Source: Candidatus Binatia bacterium
Lineage (GTDB): Bacteria > Desulfobacterota > Binatia > UBA9968 > JAJDTQ01
DNA length: 64,000 bases
Direction: 5' to 3'
Assembly: GCA_963666515.2 (NCBI GenBank)
Contig: OY762897.2
Span: forward strand, 3,808,001-3,872,000
Shown here in pieces: positions 36,146 to 44,588 of the stretch. The position numbers and the translations under genes were made by a program. How positions within the stretch are numbered: position 1 is the stretch's first letter; the number at the start of each line of letters is the position of its first letter. The notes beneath the pieces are model-generated. The model worked only from the letters and a program-made list of their open reading frames with translations. It did no database searches and was not told where the DNA came from.

Positions 36146-36715
36146 TTACGGGAAGAAGGTCAGCTTGATCAGCAAGGCCACGATGGCCGGGCCGAGCGTT
36201 AACACGGCGAAATTGAGAACGGCGGTCTTCTTCCCGAGTTTTGCGATGTCCTGGCCCACTGCGGTCCTGAAGTCCGCCATGCCCTGGTTCAACCGCGCCT
36301 TGAAGTCTGCCATGTCTTGACGCACCTCGGTTTTGAAATCCGCCATGTCCTGACCCATCTGCGCCTTGAAGTCTGCCATGCCCTGGTGCATTTCGGCCTT
36401 GAAGTCTGCCATGTCCTGACGCACTTCGGTTTTGAAATCCGCCATGTCCTGGCCCATCTGCGTCTTGAAATCCGCCGTGTCTTGACGGGTTTCGGCCTTG
36501 AACCCGAACATCTCGTGTCTGAGGTCCGCGATGTCCTCTTTGAGGTTCGCGAGGTCCTCTTTGGTGACCATGTTGTTCTCGATCCTCGCGATGTCTTCTT
36601 TGGTGGCCACGTTGTCGGCAGGCGGGACCGCACTGGCTGCTGCCCTTGCCTTGTCCGGAGAAGCCCCGGCTTCGATCAGCGCATCGTAGACTTCGGAAAC
36701 GATCAGACCCATCAT
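36146..36715 (-). CDS. Coiled-coil membrane-anchored protein (DUF1640/CCDC90-like) with 11-aa repeats
   Basis: YDALIEAG head, ATKED/VTKED motifs, QDMADFK repeats, C-terminal TM helix. Confidence 0.75.
   Translation of the reverse strand: MMGLIVSEVYDALIEAGASPDKARAAASAVPPADNVATKEDIARIENNMVTKEDLANLKEDIADLRHEMFGFKAETRQDTADFKTQMGQDMADFKTEVRQDMADFKAEMHQGMADFKAQMGQDMADFKTEVRQDMADFKARLNQGMADFRTAVGQDIAKLGKKTAVLNFAVLTLGPAIVALLIKLTFFP
36243..36484 (-). repeat. 33-bp intragenic tandem repeat (about 7 units)
   Basis: Q(D/G)MADFK-xxxx units with a higher-order 99-bp pattern. Confidence 0.85.
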
Positions 36716-37000
36716 TGCAACTCCAGAGGCGTTGTCCTCGGGAATACGGGACGTTCCAGAACACCACGCCAGAAAAAGGCCGGTAAGTCAAGAATGGCCA
36801 TATAAAGAACAATCGGCGCTCGACGTGGATACTTTAGCCGAGTTTGTCATTCCCGCTCCTCACTTTCGCGTAAGACCTGTTTAAGGCCTCCGCGTCAGGC
36901 CCGTCCCATGACGCTTCTGGATTCCGTTCCGATTCTTACGTTCCCGCAGTGTCGTTGCCTGCCCACGGAACTTCCGATAAGAAGGTGTGCGGAGACACCC

Positions 37001-39298
37001 ATGAGAAAACAACGACTGTCAGTGGCCGGGCGCAATTCCATGCGCGTCGACGCGGTGGAGAAGGTGTCCGGCAAGGCTTTCTACACCGGGGACATCGAGC
37101 TTCCGGGCATGGCGTACGCGAAGATCCTGCGGAGCCCGCTTCCCCATGCCCGCGTGCTCAAAGTCGACGCCTCCAAGGCGCGAGCCTTGCCCGGCGTCAT
37201 CGACGTGCTCACCCGGGACGAGATCACCGACCTCAACTACCTGTACGGCGCCACCTACAAGGACCAGTCCGTCGTGGCGACGGACAAGGTGCGCTACGTC
37301 GGCGACCCGGTGGCCGCGGTGCTTTCCGCGGACGAGCTGGTGGCCGAGGAGGCGCTGGCGCTCATCGACGTGGAGTACGAGGAGCTGCCGTTCGTGGACA
37401 ACGTGGACGACGCGCTGGCGCCGGGGGCGCCGCAGGTGCACGAGGGCGACGTGGCCAAGGCCGAGCTGCGGGGCTCCCGGTACGGCGCGCCGGCAAGGTT
37501 CAAGGGCACCAACGTGTGCTACCACTTCGGCTACTCCCGGGGCGACGTGGACGACGGGTTCGCCAAGTCCGACCACATATTCGAGGACGTGTTCCGCTTC
37601 TCCAAGGTGCAGCACTACTCGCTGGAGCCCCACATCTGCCTCGCCCACTACGACGGCGAGCGCCTGACGGTGTGGAGCTCGTGCCAGGACCCGTTCACGC
37701 TGCGCGGGCACTTGGCGGGCATCTTCAAGCTGCCGCTCAACCGGGTGCGGGTGGTGGTGCCCTACGTCGGCGGCGGCTACGGCGGCAAGCTCTACGTCAA
37801 GGCCGACCCCATCGCCGCGGCGCTGTCGGTGCGGAACGGCCGGCCGGTCAAGCTGGCCATGAGCGTCAACGAGAGCTTCAAGACCGTCACGCGCCATCCC
37901 GCGCGCATCCGCATCAAGACCGGGGTCAGCAAGAAGGGCGAGATGGTGGCGCGGGAGCTGGAAGTCTACATGGACACCGGCGCCTACGCCGACGCCGGTC
38001 CCCGTGTGACCCAGAAGGCCGGCTACCGGGCGGTGGGACCGTACCGCGTCGCCAACGTGAAGATCGACGCCCACGGCGTCTACAGCAACACGGTGCCGGC
38101 CGGGGCCTTCCGCGGCTTCGGCGCGGTGCAGGTGGCCTGGGCCTACGAGTCGCAGATGGACATGATCGCCAGGCGGCTCGGCATGGACCCGCTGGACTTC
38201 CGCCTCAAGAACCTGCTGGACAAGGGCGAGCCCTACACCCCGGGCGACACCCCGGTGGACTGCGACCTCAAGCAGGGGCTCCGCAAGGTGGCCCGGGCGC
38301 TGGACTGGAAGAAGGCTTCCCGGCCCAACGTGGGCAAGGGGCTGAGCGTGTGCCTGAAGGACGCCGGCGGCACCTACAAGGTGGCCGGCGCCACCGTGAA
38401 GATGTCCTCGGACGGCAGCGCCGTGCTGCTTACCGGGACGGTGGAAGTGGGTCAGGGGTGCCGCACGGCCCTCAGCCAGGTGGTGGCGGAGGAGCTGGGC
38501 ATCGAGCTGGAGCAGGTGTCCGTGGCCCAGTTGGACACCGACGTGACCCCGTTCGACGTGTCCACCAGCGCCAGCAGCTCCATGACGGTCATGGGCCTCG
38601 CCACCCAGCGCGCCGCCCAGGACGTGAAGAAGCAGTTGCTCAAGGCCGCGGTCAAGGTCATGGGCGAGAAGGCCGCCGACCTCACGCTCAAGGGCGGCCG
38701 GGTGCGCGGCGGCAAGGGCCGCGGCGTGGCCTACAGTGACGTCATTTCCGAATACTTCGGCAGCTCCGCCACCGAGATCGTCGGCCGCGGCGTGTACCAG
38801 GACAGGAAGAGCAAGACCGCGGTGCTGGGCTCCCCCACCACCTTCTGGGAGGTGGGTTGGGGCGGCGTGGAGCTGGAGGTGGACCCGGACACCGGCGTCG
38901 TCCGCATCCTCAAGTACGTGTCCATGGCGGACGTGGGCCGGGCCATCAACCCGTTGCAGTGCGAAGGCCAGGACGAGGGCGGCGTGGTCTTCGCCATCGG
39001 CCACACGCTGCTGGAAGACATGGTGTACGAAGACGGCCAGCTCCTGAACCCGAACCTCATCGACTACCGCGTACCCGGCTTCCACGACCTGCCGGAGAAC
39101 TTCATCTCCGAGCTGGTGGAGAGCGGCAACGGCCCCGGCCCCTTCGGCGCCAAGGGCATGGGCGAGGGCGGCGTGCTGCCGGCCGCGTCCGCCATCGCCG
39201 CGGCCGTGGAGGACGCCGTCGGGGTGCGCATCTGCGACCTGCCGCTGTCGCCGCCCAAGGTATGGCAGCGGCTGCAGGAGAAGGAGAGCGCGGGCTAG
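37001..39298 (+). CDS. Xanthine dehydrogenase-family molybdopterin-binding subunit
   Basis: RVDAVEKVSG, RSPLPHA, VGGGYGGK, AFRGFG, EVGQG and GAKGMGE motifs. Confidence 0.92.
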   Translation: MRKQRLSVAGRNSMRVDAVEKVSGKAFYTGDIELPGMAYAKILRSPLPHARVLKVDASKARALPGVIDVLTRDEITDLNYLYGATYKDQSVVATDKVRYVGDPVAAVLSADELVAEEALALIDVEYEELPFVDNVDDALAPGAPQVHEGDVAKAELRGSRYGAPARFKGTNVCYHFGYSRGDVDDGFAKSDHIFEDVFRFSKVQHYSLEPHICLAHYDGERLTVWSSCQDPFTLRGHLAGIFKLPLNRVRVVVPYVGGGYGGKLYVKADPIAAALSVRNGRPVKLAMSVNESFKTVTRHPARIRIKTGVSKKGEMVARELEVYMDTGAYADAGPRVTQKAGYRAVGPYRVANVKIDAHGVYSNTVPAGAFRGFGAVQVAWAYESQMDMIARRLGMDPLDFRLKNLLDKGEPYTPGDTPVDCDLKQGLRKVARALDWKKASRPNVGKGLSVCLKDAGGTYKVAGATVKMSSDGSAVLLTGTVEVGQGCRTALSQVVAEELGIELEQVSVAQLDTDVTPFDVSTSASSSMTVMGLATQRAAQDVKKQLLKAAVKVMGEKAADLTLKGGRVRGGKGRGVAYSDVISEYFGSSATEIVGRGVYQDRKSKTAVLGSPTTFWEVGWGGVELEVDPDTGVVRILKYVSMADVGRAINPLQCEGQDEGGVVFAIGHTLLEDMVYEDGQLLNPNLIDYRVPGFHDLPENFISELVESGNGPGPFGAKGMGEGGVLPAASAIAAAVEDAVGVRICDLPLSPPKVWQRLQEKESAG

Positions 39299-39311
39299 AG
39301 CCCCCTGACCC

Positions 39312-39410
39312 GTCATTCCCGCGGAAGCGGGAATCCAGGCGGGGCGGGGCGCGGGAACACGCCGTAGTCCCCCACTGCCACCCCTGGATTCCCGCTTCCG
39401 CGGGAATGAC
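39312..39410. repeat. REP-like palindrome family B, inverted doublet
   Basis: GTCATTCCCGCGGAAGCGGGAATCCA ... TGGATTCCCGCTTCCGCGGGAATGAC. Confidence 0.9.
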
Positions 39411-39433
39411 GAATACGAGCTTAGGAGCATATT

Positions 39434-40438
39434 ATGTCAGACCCGACCCGTTTCCGAGCCATGGTGGTCAGCGAGAACGAGGACAAGAGCTTCTCCCGGG
39501 CCATTACCGAGCGGTCGGCGGACGACCTGCCGGAAGGCGATCTGCTCGTCTCGGTGGCCTACTCGTCCCTCAACTACAAGGACGCGCTGTCGGCCTCCGG
39601 CAACAAGGGCGTCACCCGCAACTATCCCCACACGCCGGGCATCGACGCCGCGGGCACCGTCGTGGAGAGCGCCTCAAGCGATTTCGCCAAGGGCGAAGAC
39701 GTGGTGCTCACCGGCTTCGACCTGGGCGCCAACACCGACGGCGGCTACGCCGAGTACGTGCGGGTGCCGGCCGCCTGGGCGGTGAAGCGCCCGGACGGGC
39801 TCAGCCTCAAGGAGAGCATGGTCTACGGCACCGCCGGCTTCACCGCGGCCCTGTCGGTGCTGCGGCTCCAGGAGTCCGGGGTCACGCCCGAGTCGGGCGA
39901 CGTGCTGGTGACCGGAGCCACCGGAGGGGTCGGCTGTCTGGCCGTGGCCATCCTGGCCCAGGCCGGCTACCGGGTGGTGGCGTCCACCGGCAAGGAGTCG
40001 GAAAAGGACTTCCTCACGGGCCTGGGCGCGGCCGACGTGATCTCTCGCGAGGACGCGGACGACCAGTCGGGCCGGCCGTTGCTGAGAGGTCTGTGGGCCG
40101 GCGTCGTGGACACCGTGGGCGGCAACATCCTCGCCACCGCCATCAAGGCCTCAAAGTACGGCGGCGTGGTGACCTGCTGCGGCAACGTGGCCTCGATAGA
40201 GCTGAACACCACGGTCTTTCCCTTCATCCTCCGCGACGTGCGCCTCATCGGCGTGGCCACCCCCGACTGCCCCGCGGACATCCGTGCCACCCTGTGGCAG
40301 AAGATGGCCGGCGAATGGAAGCTCCCCAACCTCGACGCCGTCACCATCGACTGCTCGCTGGACGAGTTGGACGCCCACATCGAGAGCATCCTCAAAGGCG
40401 GGGTCCGTGGCCGCGTGGTGGTGGACCTGTCGCGCTGA
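39434..40438 (+). CDS. acuI: YhdH/YhfP-family oxidoreductase (acryloyl-CoA reductase AcuI-like)
   Basis: YSSLNYKDAL, PGIDAAG, GTAGFTAAL, VTGATGGVG and TVFPFILR motifs. Confidence 0.85.
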   Translation: MSDPTRFRAMVVSENEDKSFSRAITERSADDLPEGDLLVSVAYSSLNYKDALSASGNKGVTRNYPHTPGIDAAGTVVESASSDFAKGEDVVLTGFDLGANTDGGYAEYVRVPAAWAVKRPDGLSLKESMVYGTAGFTAALSVLRLQESGVTPESGDVLVTGATGGVGCLAVAILAQAGYRVVASTGKESEKDFLTGLGAADVISREDADDQSGRPLLRGLWAGVVDTVGGNILATAIKASKYGGVVTCCGNVASIELNTTVFPFILRDVRLIGVATPDCPADIRATLWQKMAGEWKLPNLDAVTIDCSLDELDAHIESILKGGVRGRVVVDLSR

Positions 40439-40457
40439 CGCAACTTTGGTCATTCGG

Positions 40458-40584
40458 ATGGCGTCCTTCGACTTCGCTTCGCTACGCTCAGGACGAACGG
40501 TGTTGGGACTATGGCACCGGAGCTTGTTTTCCGTTCGTCCTGAGCGTAGCGCCGCGTCAGCGGCGCGAAGTCGAAGGACGCCAT
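40458..40584. repeat. REP-like palindrome family A
   Basis: Perfect 20-bp outer IR ATGGCGTCCTTCGACTTCGC / GCGAAGTCGAAGGACGCCAT with an inner IR. Confidence 0.9.
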
Positions 40585-40599
40585 AACCCGAGGGTCGCC

Positions 40600-42669
40600 A
40601 TGGCATCGTGGATGGTTGGCATCGATACCGGAGGCTCGTTCACCGATCTGATCGCGTTCGATCCCGGCACCGGCGAGCGCCGCATCGCCAAGGTGCCGTC
40701 TAGGCCGGATGATCCGTCGGCCGCGGTGATGGATGCCCTGGACGAGCTGTTCCGGTCCGGGGTGGACCCGGGCGCCGTCGAGTTCCTGGTCCACGGCACC
40801 ACCGTTGCCACCAACGCCATCCTGGAAGGGAAGGGCGCGCGCACCGGGCTGCTGATCACCCGCGGGTTCCGGGCGGTGTACGAAGGGCGCGGCTGGTCGC
40901 AGCCGGCGCCCGAGGACTTGGCAGACCCCTTCTACGTCAAGCCCACGCTGCTGGCTCCGCAATCGCTCACCGAGGAGATCACCGAGCGCCTCGACTACCT
41001 CGGCAACGTGCAGACGCCGTTGGACGAGGACGACGTTCGGCGCGCGGTCGCGAGCTTGAAGGAGAAGGAAGTCGAGGCGGTCGCCGTCAACTTCCTGTTC
41101 AGCTTCCGTAACCCCGAACACGAGGAGCGGACCGCGGCCATCATCGCCGAGATGGCGCCGGAGTGGCGCGTGTCGGTGTCGTCGCGCATCCTGCCCACCA
41201 TCCGCGAGTATCCGCGCCTGTCCACCACCGTCATCGACGCCTTCGTGGGCAGGTCCATGCAGGACTACCTGTTGCGGCTGGTGGACAGGCTGCGCGCCGC
41301 CGGCATCGACACGCCGCAGATATTCCTCATGCAGTCCAACGGCGGCCTGATGCGCATGAACGTGGGCGCCCGCTATCCCAACCAGACGCTGCTCTCCGGT
41401 CCGGCGGCCGGGGTGGTGTCCGGCATCGAGCTGGCCGCGCTGCTGGGACGCAGCAACCTCGTCACCTTCGACATGGGCGGCACCTCCACCGACATCAGCG
41501 TGATCCGCGACGGGCGCTCCGAGGAGACCACCGCGGGCCGGATCGCCGGGCAGGACCTAGCCACCCCCATGCTCGCCGTCCACACCCTGGGCGCGGGCGG
41601 CGGCACCATCGCCTGGATCGGCAAGGACGGCCTCATGAAGGTCGGCCCCCGGAGCGCGGGCGCCGACCCCGGACCGGCCTGCTACGGCAGAGGCGGCGAG
41701 CTTCCGACCGTCACCGACGCCAACCTGCTGCTGGGCGCCCTGGGCGACAGCAGCGCGTTGGGCGGGCGGCTCCGGCTGGACCGCGCCCGCGCGGAGGCCG
41801 CCATTCGCACGGTCTTGGCCGAGCCGCTCGGCCTCGACGTGGTGGAGGCCGCGGCCGGCATTCTCAAGATCGTCAACAACAACATGGCGGTGGAGCTGCG
41901 GCTCGCGCTGCAATACCGCGGCGTCGATCCGCGCGACTTCGTGCTGGTGGCCTTCGGCGGCGCCGGTCCGCTGCACGCCGGCGTACTGGCGGAGGAGCTT
42001 CAGATACCCGCGGTCCTGGTGCCGCCGAACCCCGGTCTCAACAGCGCCCTGGGGCTGCTCCAGACCCAGGTGCGGCATCTCTACCTGCTGTCGGACCTCG
42101 GCCTGGTCAGCGGCTACGACCCCGCGCGCATGAACCAGCGTTTCGAGGAGTTGCGCCTCCGGGCCGTGGAGGACATCCGGGAAGAGCATTTCGACCTTTC
42201 GGAGGCGGTCTTCCGGCGCCAGGTGGACATGCGCTACCTGCACCAAGGGTACGAGCTTTCCGTCGACTGCCCGGACCGGGAGATCGTGGACGCGGACAAG
42301 GCCGGGCTCAAGGCAGCCTTCGACGAGTTGCACGGCAAGGTGTACGGGCTCAGCGCCAAGGACGAGGACGCCGAGATCGTGACGTTCCGGCTGCTGGCCG
42401 AGATCGCGGTGCCGCGGCTCACGCCGCCGCCTCTGGAATCCGGGGAGTCCGGCGTCGAGCACGCCGTCATCGGACGCAGACCGCTCTTCGACCTGGAGCT
42501 CGGAGCGTTCGTGGAGGCCGTGGTGCTGGACCGCGGCCGCCTGCTGGCAGGCAATCGCATCGACGGGCCGGCCGTGATCGAGCAGCTCGATGCGACCACG
42601 GTGCTGTCCGAGTCGCAACATGCCACCGTCGACACGTTCGGCAATATTGTGATCGAGAGGGAGCCGTGA
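40600..42669 (+). CDS. Hydantoinase/oxoprolinase subunit A
   Basis: GIDTGGSFTD, HGTTVATNA, SGPAAG, DMGGTSTD, SAGADPGPACY and FGGAGPLH motifs. Confidence 0.92.
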   Translation: MASWMVGIDTGGSFTDLIAFDPGTGERRIAKVPSRPDDPSAAVMDALDELFRSGVDPGAVEFLVHGTTVATNAILEGKGARTGLLITRGFRAVYEGRGWSQPAPEDLADPFYVKPTLLAPQSLTEEITERLDYLGNVQTPLDEDDVRRAVASLKEKEVEAVAVNFLFSFRNPEHEERTAAIIAEMAPEWRVSVSSRILPTIREYPRLSTTVIDAFVGRSMQDYLLRLVDRLRAAGIDTPQIFLMQSNGGLMRMNVGARYPNQTLLSGPAAGVVSGIELAALLGRSNLVTFDMGGTSTDISVIRDGRSEETTAGRIAGQDLATPMLAVHTLGAGGGTIAWIGKDGLMKVGPRSAGADPGPACYGRGGELPTVTDANLLLGALGDSSALGGRLRLDRARAEAAIRTVLAEPLGLDVVEAAAGILKIVNNNMAVELRLALQYRGVDPRDFVLVAFGGAGPLHAGVLAEELQIPAVLVPPNPGLNSALGLLQTQVRHLYLLSDLGLVSGYDPARMNQRFEELRLRAVEDIREEHFDLSEAVFRRQVDMRYLHQGYELSVDCPDREIVDADKAGLKAAFDELHGKVYGLSAKDEDAEIVTFRLLAEIAVPRLTPPPLESGESGVEHAVIGRRPLFDLELGAFVEAVVLDRGRLLAGNRIDGPAVIEQLDATTVLSESQHATVDTFGNIVIEREP

Positions 42670-42785
42670 GGTCCTTCGACTTCGCGCCGCTGGCGCGGCG
42701 CTACGCTCAGGACGAACGGTTATGACAGCGTTTTCTCCGTTCGTCCTGAGCGTAGCGACGCGAAGCGGTGCGAAGTCGAAGGACC
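42670..42785. repeat. REP-like palindrome family A (inside the operon)
   Basis: GGTCCTTCGACTTCGC ... GCGAAGTCGAAGGACC. Confidence 0.9.
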
Positions 42786-42827
42786 GTTCGATTACTCGGA
42801 CAGGATTCTAGCCACGGGGAGGGAACC

Positions 42828-44507
42828 ATGAGCCTGGACCCCATCACCAGCGAAGTCGTGCTGAGCCGGTTGCGGGAGATCACCGCGTCCATGGCCCACG
42901 CGCTGTTCCACAGCGGCTACTCGCCGATCCTGCGCGAGTCCCAGGACGGCACCGCCGGGCTGACCGACGGCACGGGCCGCGTGATCATGGTGGGCGGCGG
43001 CCTGCAATACCATTCCCTGCTGTATTCGCAGTCGGTGGCCGGCGTCCTGGAACGCTACCCCGCGGAGGAGATGCGCGAGGGCGATTCGTTCGTTTCCAAC
43101 GATCCCTACAAGGCGGGAAACAGCCACGTCCCCGACATGGTGGTGGCGACGCCGGCGTTCCACGACGGCAAGGTGGTGGCTTTCGGCGTCAGCGTGGCCC
43201 ACAAGGCGGACGTTGGCGGCCTGGTGCCGGGCTCCAGCGGCGCGGCCTCGCGCGAGATTTTCCACGACGGCATCCTGCTGCCGCCGGTGCGCTTCACCAC
43301 CGCCGAGGGAGTTCTGCCCGAGGTGGAGGCGATCCTGCGCAACAACAGCCGCATCCCGGACGTGGTGCTGGGCGACCTGCGCGGACAGGTGGGCGCGACG
43401 AAGCTCGGCGCGCTCCGGTTCCAGGAGCTGCTGCAGGAGTACGGCGCGGACACCCTGCTGGGCACCATCGACGAGTTGATGACGCGCACTACGGCCCGCG
43501 TGAGGGCCGAGATCGCCTCGTGGCCGGACGGGGAGCACGAGGCGGAAGGGTTCCTCGACCACGACGGCGTGGACCGCTCCAAGCCGGTGCGCATCCACGT
43601 CCGGGCCGTCAAGGCCGGGGACCGGCTGACGCTCGACTTCTCCGGCAGCGACCCCCAGACCCCCGGACCGGTGAACACCACGCGGGTCACGGCCCGCGCG
43701 GTTTCGACCCAGGCGGTGCTGGCGGCCTCGGATCCGAGCATCCCGATGAACGCGGGCGCGTTCGAGGCCATCGAGTTCAACTTGCCGCCGGGGCTGGTGA
43801 TGAGCCCGCAGTTCCCGGCGACCGTCAACCACTACTTCCCGACCTCCCACCTGGTCTACAACTGCGTGCTCGCCGCGGTCGGAAAGTTCAACCCGAACCG
43901 GGCGGTGGCCCCGTCCGGCCTCGGCACCGGCGCCATCGCCGTGGGCTACAAGCAAAGCCGCTCCGCCGGCCGTCCCACCGTCCAGTACGAGATCATGATC
44001 ACGTCGCTGGGCGGCACCAGCGACCACGACGGCGCCGCCATCGTCATGCCGGTCAACCACTTCGCCCCCGGCACGCCCGTGGAGATCCTCGAGACCGAGT
44101 ACCCCGTTGGCGTCCGCCGCTACGACATCTGGCGGGACTCGGCCGGCGCCGGGCGCTGGCGCGGCGGCACGGGCTTCATCCGCGAGTACGAGTTCCTCAC
44201 CGACTGCACCCTCACGGTCCGCTCGGCCAACCATCAACAAGCCTCATGGGGCCTCAACGGCGGCGGCAGCCCGCCCAACTCCAGGACCACCATCCAGAAC
44301 CCCGGCGAGGACCCGGCCGAAGTCGACATGCTGGAAACCCGGCCCCTCAAGTCCGGCGCCCGGCTCGCCATCTACCGCAGCGGAGGCGGCGGCTACGGCG
44401 ACCCCAGGGAGCGCCCCGCCGAGTTGGTGCGGCAGGACGTCGAGGACGGCTACGTGTCGCGGGAAAAGGCCCGGGAAGCGTACGGGTTGGCGGATGAGCA
44501 AGGCTGA
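42828..44507 (+). CDS. Hydantoinase B/oxoprolinase subunit
   Basis: NDPY..SHVPD, HKADVGG, PVEILETEYP, SAGAGRWRGG and GGGGYGDP motifs; RBS GGAGG. Confidence 0.92.
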   Translation: MSLDPITSEVVLSRLREITASMAHALFHSGYSPILRESQDGTAGLTDGTGRVIMVGGGLQYHSLLYSQSVAGVLERYPAEEMREGDSFVSNDPYKAGNSHVPDMVVATPAFHDGKVVAFGVSVAHKADVGGLVPGSSGAASREIFHDGILLPPVRFTTAEGVLPEVEAILRNNSRIPDVVLGDLRGQVGATKLGALRFQELLQEYGADTLLGTIDELMTRTTARVRAEIASWPDGEHEAEGFLDHDGVDRSKPVRIHVRAVKAGDRLTLDFSGSDPQTPGPVNTTRVTARAVSTQAVLAASDPSIPMNAGAFEAIEFNLPPGLVMSPQFPATVNHYFPTSHLVYNCVLAAVGKFNPNRAVAPSGLGTGAIAVGYKQSRSAGRPTVQYEIMITSLGGTSDHDGAAIVMPVNHFAPGTPVEILETEYPVGVRRYDIWRDSAGAGRWRGGTGFIREYEFLTDCTLTVRSANHQQASWGLNGGGSPPNSRTTIQNPGEDPAEVDMLETRPLKSGARLAIYRSGGGGYGDPRERPAELVRQDVEDGYVSREKAREAYGLADEQG

Positions 44508-44588
44508 CGGCCGGTGAAGGGGCCGCACCGGACGTCTGCGCCGCGGAAACCGCGCCTGGGTCGTTTCTGACGGAGATTCATCGTACGC

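Noticed and set aside
36846-36890. REP-B fragment followed by TAAGACCTGTTTAAG, possibly an IS end
   Set aside because: No partner inverted repeat, target duplication or transposase was found
38857-40599. Apparent 1270-aa fusion upstream of hydantoinase A
   Set aside because: The extension is an off-frame read through xdh, acuI and REP sequence; the real start is ATG 40600
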